A stretch of 63,164 nucleotides of DNA, counting the filler, from Octopus bimaculoides (lineage: Eukaryota): assembly GCF_001194135.2 (NCBI RefSeq). It is 4 parts of 4 records of this genome, joined end to end, with 100 filler letters (N's around TTAATTAATTAA, not from the genome) between each part and the next. Parts side by side here need not be neighbours in the genome. Positions count along the whole stretch, not along the records: positions 1 to 19,478 come from NC_068983.1; 3 more parts are not named here. One strand, 5' to 3'. This document shows, in pieces, positions 1-14,439 of this stretch; position 1 is the stretch's first letter, and each line of letters begins with the position of its first letter. The position numbers and the translations under genes were made by a program. A model generated the notes under the pieces. It was not told the DNA's origin. It saw nothing but the letters and a program-made list of their open reading frames with translations, and made no database searches.

Positions 1-45
<45 letters not shown>

Positions 46-130
46 GTATTTATGTATGTATGCATGTGTGTGCGTGTGTCTTTGTGTCTGCGTTGGACCC
101 GCCATCATCATCACCACCACTTGTTATTCG

Positions 131-300
131 TATATATACGACGGATTTTCGTTAGTTTGCGACTACCAAATCCATTCAAAACGCTTTAATTGGCCAGGCG
201 CTATAGTAGAAGACACTTGCTCATGTTGCCACGCAGTGGGACTGAACCCGGAACCATGTGGTTGGTAAGCAAGCTACTTACTACACAGCCACTCCTGCGC
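131..300 (-). mobile_element. SINE family A, head and centre
   Basis: Reverse complement has box A-like TGGCTGTGTAGT and box B-like GGTTCAGTCCC; same sequence recurs at 5492, 8976, 58818 and 61827. Confidence 0.85.
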
Positions 301-2255
301 TTTTTCATAAAACCTTCGTAGAGCCTACAAGAGGGGGCTTCGCAAAATGTTCATGAATTCTAGACTAAATTTGGTTAAGCAGATGGTTTCATAGACTGGA
401 ACCGAAAGAAGGGCATGTACCTTTAATAATACTTATCTAACAGAACATTCGTTAATGGAATAGTTCTTACATTCATGAATGTAATGTATATTAGAGTGAA
501 TGGTACCTATTCACAGATAAATCAATCGTGTTACCACTATTCAAATGTTACATCAATTTGGTGTTATTGAAATACTATCCGTTGACACTTTAGCTAGTAT
601 CGATCTGTTGACTGTGAATCTATGTCTTTACACCTTCTAATGAATGAGATATTCCCATAAAGATTCATGATAAACAACAAGATCAATGTTTGCAGAAATG
701 TGAAATTCGTCTTTGCATCAATGAGTTTTATATCGAAGAAATAAAGTGCAGTATGTATGGAATAAAACTTAATAATATATGTTTATAGTTTGCTGTCAGT
801 GGTATTATTGTTCTGTAGCAGCTTCAGTAGACCCTGATCAAAGAGAGTATTGCGCTTCACTTATCAGTCCTTTGTAAATGTACTTGTAATCGTGTGAATA
901 TATATATATATATATAATATACATGAGTGTGTGTGTCTGTGTGTGTGTGTGTGTTTAAAACAGAAGTGCCTTTGTATAATTGTCATCATTAGTCCACAAT
1001 CTCAACGTAATTTCCAATCGTTAGTTGGCTTTTGGTTGCAACACATTTCCAGTGCTTGCCTTTTCATAAATTCGATGATTTATAAACACTCGCTCTGCTA
1101 CAACAATGGACAGTGGAATACCATTTCCTATACAATGATTTTGGAAGGAAAAATAATCTTTATTCATAAATGTTAGGACAAAATTAATTGCCTGTAACAT
1201 CTCACCCCATTCCACAACAACCACTAATTCTAAAGAATTGTACGTTGCAAAGTTGTGATGATTTCTATCCAAATATCAAAAGATGATTAACCATTCTGTT
1301 CTTGCATGAATCATTTGCGGAATTCATTTTCCATTTCACGGTTATTTTTAGTACGTGTATTTGCGTATATAAATGCGAACGTGTGCACTTCTATGTATGT
1401 AAGTGTATTGTATGTGTGCTTTGTGATTATATGTGTATATATGTATGTATACATATGTATATATATATATATATATATGCGTGTGTGTGTGTGTATGTGA
1501 GCGTGTGCTCGCTTTGAAAGCCTCTATTTAATTGAGGGATACATGTATTTAAAATTATTTGAGCCATGAATAATTAAAATTCATGCTCTTTACACTGTAG
1601 CTGTTCGCAAAAACTCTTACCTGTTTTTTTTTATGGAAAAGAATGATATTCGAATGCAAATTCTCTCTTTATCTTTCATAATTTCACACCTGTGTGCTGA
1701 TAAAAATTCTGGGATGTTGTTATTAAATTTTCGACTTCCCGATAATTCCCTTTTAATCTGTACCTTTTGTCTTTTGTTTTGAGCTCTGTTTTAAGCTTTA
1801 GAAACCTCATGGCTTCTTATGATAACAGCCAAAGTAAATCAAAATCGGTTTGCTGTTTCCATGACAACGATTATGGATCTCCTTTTTATAATGTTCTTAA
1901 AATGCGTTAAAATATATTAAAAAAAATACCCCTAACCATTCCTTGAATATCTATTCTCCTGCGATCTATCTCGCACCCAAATGGGTAAACATATTGACAC
2001 TAAAGAAATTACTGGGTACATTTCGGCTTTCGTTTCCAAGTGTGGAATTTGCTTTACTTTTCACTCGTACTAGAGTGGGAAACGCCAAGTTCTTGTGCTA
2101 TCGTTAGTAAATTGTCAGAAAACCGAATGTAAGTTCGTATTTGATTATAAAATTTCTTTCTAATTGCCATAGTCCAACTAGGTACAGAGAAGTCATTATC
2201 TGCTCTGCTCCTGCAAATTCGTACCAGTAATAATCCTATATATACGTGTATTTGT

Positions 2256-2570
2256 GTGAAGGCATCTGGCTTAGTGGTTAGGGTATTCGGCTCACGATCG
2301 CAAGGTCATAAGTTCAATTCCCAGCGCGCGTTGTGTCCTTGAGAAAGACACTTTATTCCCCCTTGTTCCAGTCCACTCAACTGGCAAAAATGAGTAGTAC
2401 ATGTATTTCAAAGGTTCAGCATTGTCACACTCTGTATCACCCTGAATCTCTCTGAGAACTACGTTAAGAGTACACGTGTCTGTGGAGTATTTAGCCACAT
2501 CCACGTTCATGTAGCTGTTCCGTTGATCGGATCAACTGGAACCCTTTGTCGTCGTAATCGACGGAGTGCC
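2256..2570 (+). mobile_element. SINE family C (tRNA head plus CORE-like TTGTGTCCTTGAG.AAGACACTT)
   Basis: Box A TGGCTTAGTGG and box B AGTTCAATTCCC; a second copy lies at 16420-16740. Confidence 0.8.
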
Positions 2571-3100
2571 TTGCTGCCAGTTATTCGTGTATTTGTGCTC
2601 ATACTGGTTTTCCATATTTGTTGTCCATAATAATCAATAGTCAATTAGAAATGTGTTTGAACAAGAGAAGCCTTCAGTCCTCTGTGCCATGGAATGCCAC
2701 GAACATGTAATATATGTGACTACTGTGTGTATTTAGACGGTGTGTATCATACATAAGCGTTTCTTCGCTTCTGAGATTAAGGTAACAATCGAAAGGCTTG
2801 TGCGTCAGAAGTAAAATTATATTTTCCTTTATATCAATAGTCATATTTTGCATGTGGTTTCGATTACATTTTTATAACTTCACTTCAATGTATCAAGCAC
2901 TCTCTCACTGCAACATGATGATACATTAAACTATACGTCCAGAAATATCTGTACAGATATCTGAACAAATATATTCACATACACTCACTGGCACGCACAC
3001 ACGCAAGCACACATACACATATATACACAAGCACGCGCACAAACGCACACACGCAGGTGCACACACACACGAACACATGCACACACAAACATTCGCATGC

Positions 3101-3146
<46 letters not shown>

Positions 3147-4976
3147 CTATATACACATACGAACATACAAACATATACGTACGTACATACTTACATGCAT
3201 ACGTACACACAAACACACACACACATATATATTTATAAAGACATAGTTTATATTCATTTAAAAGAATAAAAAGAAAGTGGAGATTGGGAAGTTAATTGTT
3301 TATTATCAACAGCAAATTGATCATCTTCCCTTACAGCTGTTTTAATTAATACTCAGTAAACATTGAATCCATATGTATATGACCTGAGCATAATATCTTC
3401 AGAGGAAAAAGATATATCCTTGGATATTGTATATGTGCTTATGGGTTTAGCAAACTCATATTTATATATGAACAAATATCTAACCTTCTCACATTGTTGT
3501 ACTATCACTCGTATTCTATGTTTTCCGTCAGTCAAAATCAGTTTTGACCAGGACACAATCAGAGCTAGAACTCAGAAACTGTTTTTGTAACGTTGTGGCT
3601 TCCTACTTTGTCAATGTCTTGCCACTTTACCAACCATCTGGCGAGGGATTGTGGTGGAATAATTCTAGTAATTTACCGCATTAACCACTCGTCCAGCGTG
3701 TCACTTTGGCATTGGAGAAATTAAAGAAAGTCGTCCAAGAAATAAAAGCATTCATTTGAAGAGATGAACTTAATGTCTTGTCCACTGTTATTTGGTAGAT
3801 ATAAACCTATTTCGAAGAAAAGAAAAGAAAGATAGATGAAAGATCAGACTATTAGAATAAGACTTGTAAATGGTTCAGCTGCATTAGACAGCAGGAAAGC
3901 TGAAGGAAGAATTATCAGGCATGTTGCCAGTACCAATTGCTTTCTTGGCTTCTAGCGATGCTTTTTCGAATTTTGTTGTATATTATACAGTATTATGTTC
4001 AGCATGGTTAAGTCAGATATGATATATTATTGCATTGGTCACAGAGGAAATTAGAGTCGCTGCTACATTTAGCTTTGCTTTCGATAAGTAATTGACATCG
4101 CCTTCTCGACATCTCACCCTGACTAGATGGCAAATATTGTGAGGGGTGAGGCGTTTGAGGAAGACGTGTGTCTGAATAAGATGTAAGACTTGCTTGATAT
4201 ACGTTTACAAGAGAACGAAGCAAACACGTTCAACCGTGTTTATGGTGTAGCTAAACGTTATTGTTATGAGAGAGCAGTGAATATTGGCAAAATATATAAG
4301 TCAATAAATTCATAACAGGAAACAATATTTAATTTAATTTCTCTCAGATGTAATTTCAATTCAACTTGGAATATTTTATATGTCATTCTTAATAAATTTC
4401 TAAAAAATACCAGTTATTGTCACAATTAGAAATGAATATTCTCTGAACTTTACAAAAATTGGTTTATTTAAGAGAATTCAACATCATGTTTTGAGAAACA
4501 TCGACGTTAAACTAAAACGGAGCAGTAAATAATTCATACAATATGTCTTCGGTCCTCTCCATTCTCGCTTGAAATTTCTCTTCATTAGTCTATCATGTCT
4601 TCCATTTAGTGTCTATAAAACAAGTGTAAGTAACATGATGGAGTCCATTCAGTGGACTCCACATTTTCCCCTATTCGTTTTCATTGTACCTAATCGAAAA
4701 TATGAGTCCAGTTGAAAAAGATATGTATACTTGGATAAAGATGTTACGCAAACATTCCAAGGAAACGTTTTTAATTCGAATTAGACTGAGTATTATTGTG
4801 AAAAAGCATAAATGCCACTACCTCTCCATCTGTTACATTCTTTAAATATTTGGAGCATTATACATGTTCAAAGGAAATACTGCATATTATTGAAAACTAA
4901 AGAGCTCATCATTCGTAGAAATGATAGACTAAGGGCTTAAGTTGTTTATTCTACTTTACCATATTACTGGAATCAA

Positions 4977-5193
4977 TAAGGCGGCGAGCTGGCAGAATCT
5001 TTAGCACGCCGGATAAAATGCTTATCGGCATTTCGTTCATTTTTTGGATCTGAGTTCAAATGCTATTGAGGTCGACTTTGCCTTTTATCATTTTAGGGTC
5101 AATAAAATAAGTATTAGTCGAGAACTGGGGTCAATGTAATCGATCTATCCCCTCCCCTTAAATTGCTGGCCTTGTCCTCAAATTTGAAACCAA
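4977..5193 (+). mobile_element. SINE family B (~215 bp)
   Basis: AAGGCGGCGAGCTGGCAGAATC..GAGTTCAAAT..GTCGACTTTGCCTTT..AATAAGTA..CTGGGGTC..ATCGA..GGCCTTGT; recurs at 20314, 22386 and 46965. Confidence 0.85.
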
Positions 5194-5491
5194 CATTACT
5201 AGGATCCCCTTTTCTTTGTCGCATCAATCTGAGCTAATGGCCAATGGAATAGTAGGTAATATACGGGAGTTGATTCATTTGGCGACACACTACTTTGTAG
5301 GCAGTAAAGAAAAGTTTAAAGAAAAACACGTTACGTTTTTTTAGCCTCAGAGTAACTCTTGTTGAGCATATCATTCTTGCTTACCCTAACACAAGGATAA
5401 CTTAGCTGCTATTTGTGGTAATTTGGATATCTTCATAGCAGGTACTTGGTAGTAAACTCGTATTAAATAAATAAATAAATAAATAAATAAA

Positions 5492-5611
5492 CAGATGTGG
5501 TAAGAAGTTTGCTTCCCACGTGGCTCCGCGTTAAGCTCCACTGCGTGGCACCTTGGGCCGAATAAAGCCTTGTCAGGGGACTTCGTAGTCAGAACCTGAA
5601 AGAGGTCCGTC

Positions 5612-5655
<44 letters not shown>

Positions 5656-5905
5656 ATGTGTGTGGGCGTCTTTGTGTGTGTGTGTGTATGTATGCGCGTC
5701 TTTCTGTGTGTGTGTGTTTGCTATCCACCACCAATTGGCGACAGTGTTGGTTTGTTTATATCTCTGTAACTTGGTGGTTCATTTAAAGATATCGATTGAA
5801 TAAGTACTAGGCTTTAAAAAAAACTTCTGGTGTCGAGTTGTACGTCTAAAACCCTTCAAGGCAGTGCCCGAGCACGGTTGCAGTATAATGACTGAAACTA
5901 ACAAA
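5492..5905 (+). mobile_element. SINE family A, near full length with internal deletion
   Basis: tRNA-like head, internal (TA)n(TG)n tract, tail ending AAGGCAGTGCCCGAGCACGGTTGCAGTATAATGACTGAAAC. Confidence 0.8.
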
Positions 5906-7873
5906 ACGCAAAAAGATAAAAGGAGATCCGGCGTGCCAGTCTTCCAACATGGCTCTTTTACAAGCTGAAACGAATTCATACAAATCTACTCAAAGCTGGT
6001 AGGCTAGTGATATCTACAACGGTAACAAATGGTTGGGTAAGTGTAAATAGAGACAAACGGCTCGTTTACATCGAAGGGTTTAGCTTCAATTATTAATCTC
6101 TATATATCCTGAAGCAAATTCATTTCAATTAAGCTATTAATGCCCTCGAGAAATGTATCAATGTCACGCAATTTCATTCCCTTCTCTGTCTATAAATTTA
6201 TTGCCGTTCGCCTAATTTACAAATCAATATTATTGTCATGAGAATTGTTGAAGCCAATTGTCATAAAAGTAACAAACACAGAAGAGTTTATCGCTTTAAA
6301 GAATATACAGAGAGATGAAAGTAGGGAACGAAATTGATGCAAAACACAAAAGAATAATAAGGACTTGCGGAGAGTTTAGCCAGAAAAAGCGAAAATTATT
6401 GGGATGGAGTTTGTGGCCGAGATGATTGGCTGAAGTTATTTTTGTCCGGTTCTCTAATGTTTCTTGCGCTCCGCATCCATTAACAACAAAGACAACAACA
6501 ACAATAACAAAAAACAGAACCAGTTGCAAGAAAGAAAATATCAACAAAAACAAAGAAGCGATGGCGATGATATTAAAAAAGGATGATGGTGAGGATGATG
6601 ATGATGATGATGATGACGATGATTGATGGCAACGGCACTAATAGCAAGTATGGTGATGGTAAAAGGTTTGATGGAGAAATTAGTGCATTTAGTCGTTTAT
6701 AGACTGCTCACCTCATCTCAAGATACCAAGTTACCGAATCGTTAGGGTTTTTTTTTTTACACAACGGGTATTTCTTTTTCCACGTTGCAGCGTTGACAGT
6801 TTTAAAGGTGTTTCAAAGGTGATAACAATTCACTTATCAAACGGTTCAGTCCGTTTAGCTGTTAGAAGGCAACGCAGAAGAAAGTTATGGTCACTAATCA
6901 ATTTAGAATCAGCATCGTAAAACAAAGTTTTTGTGAGGTCAACTGACTCTCTAAATATATTTTTACAAATGAAAGATCTCTGCCAAGACGACCATCCTTA
7001 GACATGCTTCGTGTTTATGATGAAGTTTTCACTAATGTCTTTATAGGATTAACACCGAAATTGTCACAAAATAAAGATTCTGCGTCTTATTGCGCTTTCT
7101 TACCTAAAAATAGGAATTATAGCAATTTTTTTTTTCACTGAAAATAGGAATCGTTGCTATTATGATAAACTGTCGTATTTCCAAATTTAGCCAAATGTGT
7201 TTTTTTTTTCCAATATTTATTTTTGCTTGCAATAGCCAGTTCTTTTGGTCAAACTATCGTATCTCCAGCTGCCTCAGATTCCAAGATATCAAAAATTATC
7301 AAAGTGTAGTAGAACGGTTTTGCTATGGAATGGTGAAACTATATTTTTCTTTTTCTGAAAAAGCAACGTTTTGGACTTACGATACTTTTACATAATAGCA
7401 ACGAATAATAGCAAAAAATTATTTTTCACTAAAAATAGGAATGATAGCAACACTTAACTTTTTCACCATACATCTCCCTTGTTCACACTAAATCTTGCTT
7501 TTGAATCACCGAGCGAAAGCAAACGCCCTAAGAGCTACAGGCTACGTTGTACGTTGTCTGCTTATGGAATCCATTACATCACAGCTTTTGCCTGGAGAGA
7601 GACATGCTACGCTATTCTATTCCAGAATAGAGTTCACTCTAACAATAAATTAAAGCGAGGGTGTACTTGAAAACAATGATATCCCCTCATATCTTATGTA
7701 TATAAATGACAACTCACACACAGAGATCAATGCAGATCCTATCAGCATTCACTGTCGTTGAACTTCAAAAGGAGAAGACCTTGCAGAGATGCAAATCATG
7801 GTGGTTGTGAATGGATACGACGGAAGATCAGCAAAACGATGTTGGATAAAATAGGATATGATTTGAAAAGGGA

Positions 7874-8026
7874 GTGAAAGAAGATGAAGAAGGGGATGAA
7901 GAAAAGGTGGATGATGATGATGACGACGACGACGGCGATGAAGAAGAGGATGAACAAGTGGTAGATGATGATGATGATGATGATGACGACATTGATGACG
8001 ATGAAGAAGAGGCTGAAGAAGTGGTA

Positions 8027-8058
<32 letters not shown>

Positions 8059-8685
8059 CGACGACGTCAACGACGATGAAGAAGAAAAAGAAGTAAATGA
8101 TAATGAGAATAATGACGATGATGACGATGATGGTGGTGGTAGTGATGAACACGATGACGATGATGACGACGATAACAAACACGAAGATGAGGATGATGAT
8201 GATGATGATGATGACGATGATTATGATGATGATGATGATGATTGTGATGATGATGAAGATGATGATTGTGACGATGATGAACATGATGATTGTGATGATG
8301 ATGATGATGATGATGAAGGGGAGGTGAGGAGGTGTTGGTGGAGGATGACGATGGTGATGATAATGACTGTGATGTTTGTTGTGGTGGTAGTTGTGGTGAT
8401 GGTGGTGGTGGTGGTGGTGGTAGTGGTGCTGCTGGCGCTGATAATGGTGTTAGTGACAAAGAGATAAGGATTAAAATGATTACAATAATTGCAATGCTCA
8501 CAGAATTAATCTCCATAAGATTGAAGACGATGACATGAAACAATGAATCAACATCAACGGTTGGTCGTCATGACGACAACGGCAACGACGATGAGGATAA
8601 CGATTAAGGTGGTGTTGGTGATGACGATGATTTTAATAATGATGATGAGGATGATGATGAAGATGATGATGATGATGATGATGAA

Positions 8686-8730
<45 letters not shown>

Positions 8731-8800
8731 AATTATCATCATCATCATCATTATCATCATCATCATCATTATCATCATCATCATCATCATCATCATCAAG
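7874..8800. repeat. Compound trinucleotide tract (GAT/GAC/GAA/GGT, then CAT)
   Basis: Direct reading of the sequence. Confidence 0.95.
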
Positions 8801-8975
8801 ATGACGGTGGCATATTTTTTATAGGTCTTAATTCGCAGCCGAAACGATCTTTGCTATATGCTGTTCCTAAAAGAATCAAAGAAATATTCAGAAGTGTTCG
8901 CAACATCAAACACAAGTTAATCCAATTCACAATTTAGGTAAATTAAGAGTAAAAAATAAAAAAAATTACAGACAT

Positions 8976-9398
8976 AGGCACCGGCGTGGTTGTGTGGTAA
9001 GATATTTGGTTCCCGACCGCATGGTTCTGAGTTCAGTCCCACTGCACGCCACGTTCATGGGCAAGTTTCTTCTATTATAAACCCAGTGCCGACCAAAGTC
9101 CTGTGAGTGGATTTGATAGATGGTAATTGAAAGAAGCCCGTCATGTGTATGTGAGTGTGCGTATGTGTATGTGTGTCTATGTATGTGTGCGTCTTTGTGC
9201 CTGTGTTTGTCTCCCATCACCGCTTGATAAATGGTTTTGAAGTGTCTACGTCTCTGTTATCTAGTGGTTCAGCAAAAGAAACCGATAGAATAAGTTCCAC
9301 GCTTAACAAAAAATTAGTACTGGGGTCGATTCGTTCGACTGAAATTCTTCAAGGCGGTGCCCCAGCATGGCCGCAGGCAAATGACTGAAACAATTCAA
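8976..9398 (+). mobile_element. SINE family A, full length
   Basis: Head GGTTGTGTGGTAAG..GAGTTCAGTCCC, internal (TG) tract, tail AAGGCGGTGCCCCAGCATGGCCGCAGGCAAATGACTGAAAC. Confidence 0.85.
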
Positions 9399-9944
9399 AA
9401 AATATACGATATGCTATTGCACAAAGAAAACTCCATAACCAAGAGAGTTCTATGCAATTATTAGAAGCATTTGCAGCATTAAACAGTTGAAAATAATGAA
9501 TGTGACTTCACCAAGTTAGCAAATTGAGAGAGAAAGACCGAGAAAGACGGTCGCTTCGTAAGTGTAAAATCATTTGATTATTTGCAGCAGCAACGTTCGA
9601 ACTGAAAACTAACATTTCAAATATTCTAAACGCCGGACTGATTTTTCCTTTCCTTCCCCATTTAGCAGTGTTGCTAGTTTTGTCAGTGAAGTTTTCAAAG
9701 GAAAATGTTGAATGTGTTTGCAATTGTTGTGGAAGCTCTTAAAAATAAACAGTAGAATGAAAAAGAAAACAACATCTCTCATAAGAATAGGTTAGTTACT
9801 TTAATCTTTTGTGTCCAATGAAATTTTTCTACATATTTATACTTTATTTTTTATTTTATAGAAATGATATTAGCAGAATTCTGGAATTAGAGGAAATATT
9901 TTTCATTTTGTTTTATTTTGATTTTATTTAGTTATATATTCAAT

Positions 9945-10190
<246 letters not shown>

Positions 10191-10459
10191 TTGTCATTTT
10201 CTTAAAAATTTTACCATCGAATTTAATTTAGTGATCGGAAAACATCCAGTTAACAATTCCGACAAATGAGAAGAGATTTTTAAGCATCAGACAATTCAAA
10301 TATTCTTGTGTAAAAATAAATTCTTTCAACAAAATAAACATCGTGATGATAATGACGATAATGGCGAGGACTGCGAGACGACAGCAACAACAGTAACAAG
10401 AACAACAAAAGCCAACATCCACAACGGCAACAGCAACTGCACCATAAACATCAAGATTA

Positions 10460-10539
<80 letters not shown>

Positions 10540-10629
10540 TCTCATATCTAATAGAGACAATGATTCGATAGAAATAAGTGAAAATAAAAGAATATGATAA
10601 AACAAAATAAACACATAAAAACATGTGCA

Positions 10630-10669
<40 letters not shown>

Positions 10670-11687
10670 TAATAATAATACTAATAATAGTAATAGTAAT
10701 AGTAATAATATTTCTCATATCTAATAGAGAATAAGATTCGATGATGGAAATAAATGAAAAAAAAAAAAAAAAGAAGCATGCAGTAAAACAACATAAAACA
10801 GTAGAAAACAAATAACAAAGAATGAAAATAAATCTTAAAGCATGAAGAATATCTTGAAAATAAAATTCTATAAAATTTCGGCACAATTATTGATCTTACT
10901 GCAAAGCTAATTACACTCGTTTGAATTTCACTTTACCATTTTTGAAGTAAGTTTTTAATCAATATTTTTTTTTTTGTATTGTATTTATTGTTTGCTGTTG
11001 TGGTTGTTTGTTTTTTATAGTTTCTTCCAATGATCGATCTTGTTGATGGCTCAGCAAAATTGGGTGGTAATATTCTTCTTTTTATGTAAGTAGCGATCAT
11101 ATTAAAACCATTTGGTTGCCTGGTGTTTCTTTTCATATTTATTGCCCAAAATTGCAACTGAATGTCTAAATGTTGAGTTATTAGCAAACAAGATTGTTAG
11201 CAAGGAGCGTACGTTTCTTTTTTTATGTAATGTTTGTTGTGAAATCCGTCGAGGTGTAAAGGGTGGTAGGTGGATGCTTATACATTCAAACCTATATAGC
11301 AGCTGTCATACATAATTATGTTTCGCTGTCAATATTCTTCTCTCTCTCTTTCCCCCTCTCTGTTTCTCTCATATATATTTATGTGTGTGTGTGTGTGTGC
11401 ATGCGTGTGTTTGTGTGTGTAAACGCGTGAGTGGACATGTACGCACGAACAGTGTTCAATGAAATATATTCATGTAAAATAATTTTGAACACGTCCAAGT
11501 GCACTCGCGCCTGAGAAGACCTTTTGCTGCGGAGTTAATCCCGGGAGGAAACTAATTCTAATTTGATACATATGAGGACAAAATATGGACCATGGATGAT
11601 ATTATTTGATCGCAGGACGCATGCGTTTCTGTGTTGCTTCTCTTCGTTAATCACCCNNNNNNNNNNCTTTCTCTCTCTCGGTATATG

Positions 11688-11787
<100 letters not shown>

Positions 11788-13109
11788 GTTGTTGGATTTG
11801 GTTCGCAAGATTCTTTATGTAAGTTCGTGTTTTGAAGCATATTCTGTTGTGTCTGGGGAGAGTCATTCTCTTTTAGTGCTTTATAATTTAACATACTCAC
11901 CAGTAAAGTTCCCACTCATTTACTTATTTATGTTTCTAAAATTTTCGTTGCGTCTTGCAACCTTTTCAATAGTTGTTGACTCTGTCTGTTATTCAAGCTG
12001 CGATCTTTTTGTTTGTTTGTGCGTATGTGTGTAGGTCAGTATGTATGTATGTATGTGTATGTGTATGCAGGGATTTTATATTCAAAATAAAACTGCTCTT
12101 ACTTTTAAAAATAGTTGTATTGATAAATGAAAAAACACCATATTTATATACGTTAAATAAACCCTGATAAAAATACGGTATATTTATTATAAATCTCAAT
12201 AGTAAGATCTATCTTCCTGAAATCAACTTTACTTGCATATGTAGACACTATAAGCAGGTTTAAATTCTTAGGTTAGAAGTTTCATAAAATTAACCTAATA
12301 ATTCATATCGATTAATATACGGTGGCACACTTTCAAACCTACTGATTCGTTTAAGCTTTTGATTATGTGAAGATCTAACATGTGGCTTTTGAAAGATCAA
12401 ATAACTCTTCTTTCTGTGTAGTTGAGTCGTTTATTTGTTGAGATTCTGTATTCATAAATGAAGCTTATATTCATACGTTAACGGTTTTCTCTCTGCTTAT
12501 CCCTTATTCCTACAATAAAGAAATGTTGCACTTTTGGAACAAGTTCAAGAATCGTTGCTGCCAAACGCTTAGTAAACTTCATGCATTTATTTGAAGTATC
12601 TAACATTTAGTTGAATTTAACTCCAATTTCTAATCAACGGTAACTTTTGCCAAATTTTTCAATAAGGAAACATTTTCTCCAATCTCAATGATTTTAATTC
12701 AATCAAAACAGTTTCTCAGCTTATTTTCTTTCACGACTAATTCAGTTTCTTAACGAATGTAATTACACGTACAACCACTAAATGATTTCAGGACACCTGT
12801 ACTTTAGTCGCCTTCTAAATTTTATTTATTAGCATGTCAGAGGAAAGCGAACATTAATTGTAACCTATAGAATCTCGCTCACAGCTCATTCTGCCGTTAA
12901 TAGTAATATAATATTCACACAAATATTGTCATTAGCATTTTGCTTGACATGTTTAATCATTTGTGTATTGTAAGAAATAATTATAATGTGAGAGAGAGTA
13001 TGGTTGTTGGGACGAATGGAATTTCATGCCTCCGGGATCGATAATATTAAGTACCAGTCATGTGCTGCGGATGGCTACTGTCTCTCAAAATTCCTGGCTC
13101 AGACTAAAA

Positions 13110-13450
13110 TCATCATTATCTTCGTCATCATCATCGTAGTCAGTTAACATTTACACCATCATCATCATCAGCGGCATTCTCTTTGTCGTCGTCATCGTTG
13201 TCATCATCGTCTTCATCATCATCATCGTCGTCTTCGTCGTAATGATGATGATGATCATCATCATCATTATCATCATCATCGTCGTCGTCGTCATCATCAT
13301 CAGCATCATCGCCGTCATCATCATCGTCGTCGTCGTCGTCATCATCAACATCGTCGTCGTCACCATCATAGTCATAATTATCATCGTCATCATCATTGTT
13401 ATCATCATCATCATTATCATCTCCATCATCATCATCATTGTTTTCATCAT
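13110..13450. repeat. (CAT)/(CGT)n compound microsatellite
   Basis: Direct reading of the sequence. Confidence 0.95.
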
Positions 13451-14439
13451 CGTTGCCTTCAGCATTAGAAATGCAATTTATATTATCATTCTTTCCTGCA
13501 TTTTTTCGGTTACATTTCTTGAAAAGTTTAAAAATTGTATTTCTGAATTATAACCTCCACCCCCCCCCCCAAAAAAAAAATGCACTCAAATGATTAATCA
13601 CATCATTATTTTTTCTTTCTTTTTTGCCATTCATGTGGCAATAAAGGCAGTGAGCGGGCAGATTCGTTTGCACATCGGACAGAATTCTTCAGTCACATTT
13701 CTTCCAGCTCTTTATCTTCTGCATTCAAATTCTTCCGAGCTCGACTTTAGCTTTCATCCTTCCGAAATTCGATGAAATATGTACCACATGAACACTAGAT
13801 CGATGTAGATAAATCGGCTTAGCAAAGCCATGTGTTAAATGTAACTGCTGTCACTATTGCTGTTTATGTGAGAAAAGTGCTGTTGAAATATTATGGGAAA
13901 TTTGTTGATTCATGTTCGAATATACACTATGCCTAAATGAAGTCACTACATTACTCCCCCTCCATAGAGGTTCTAAGGAAATGAACCGAACGATCTAGGA
14001 AGAGAAAAAAATGCATTGTTTCGTTTTTCATTTGGTCTGTAAGATCTTTAATGAGAACTCTTATGTTAAATTATACTTTTATCTCTTGAGAGCCCTTACA
14101 ACAGTAATAAGCAAGGCCTCAGTTTCACTACTTTATTATTTATTTGTCAAATGGTTAACTCTTCCTCTAATTAACTAATTTATTGATTGATTAACTATTT
14201 AATTAATTTATTAATCAGTTAAACAAACCCAAAATAGACCTGGAACAGACCTGAAGCAGAGATGACATGTACTAAAGTCGCGAATGGAGACGAAATAACG
14301 TTGATGAACCTGATTGGTTGATTAAACGAACGATTACAGGGTGTGGCTTGTTTCTTTTGTATTTGCTGAACTTATCTCCTGAACCGTCAGTTTATGAAAT
14401 ACAATAACTGTACCACGATATCTAATTTACCTTTCATCC

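Noticed and set aside
1855-1868. Relaxed X-box GTTTCCATGACAAC
   Set aside because: My rough composition estimate is that about one such match is expected by chance in this window, and there is no promoter evidence.
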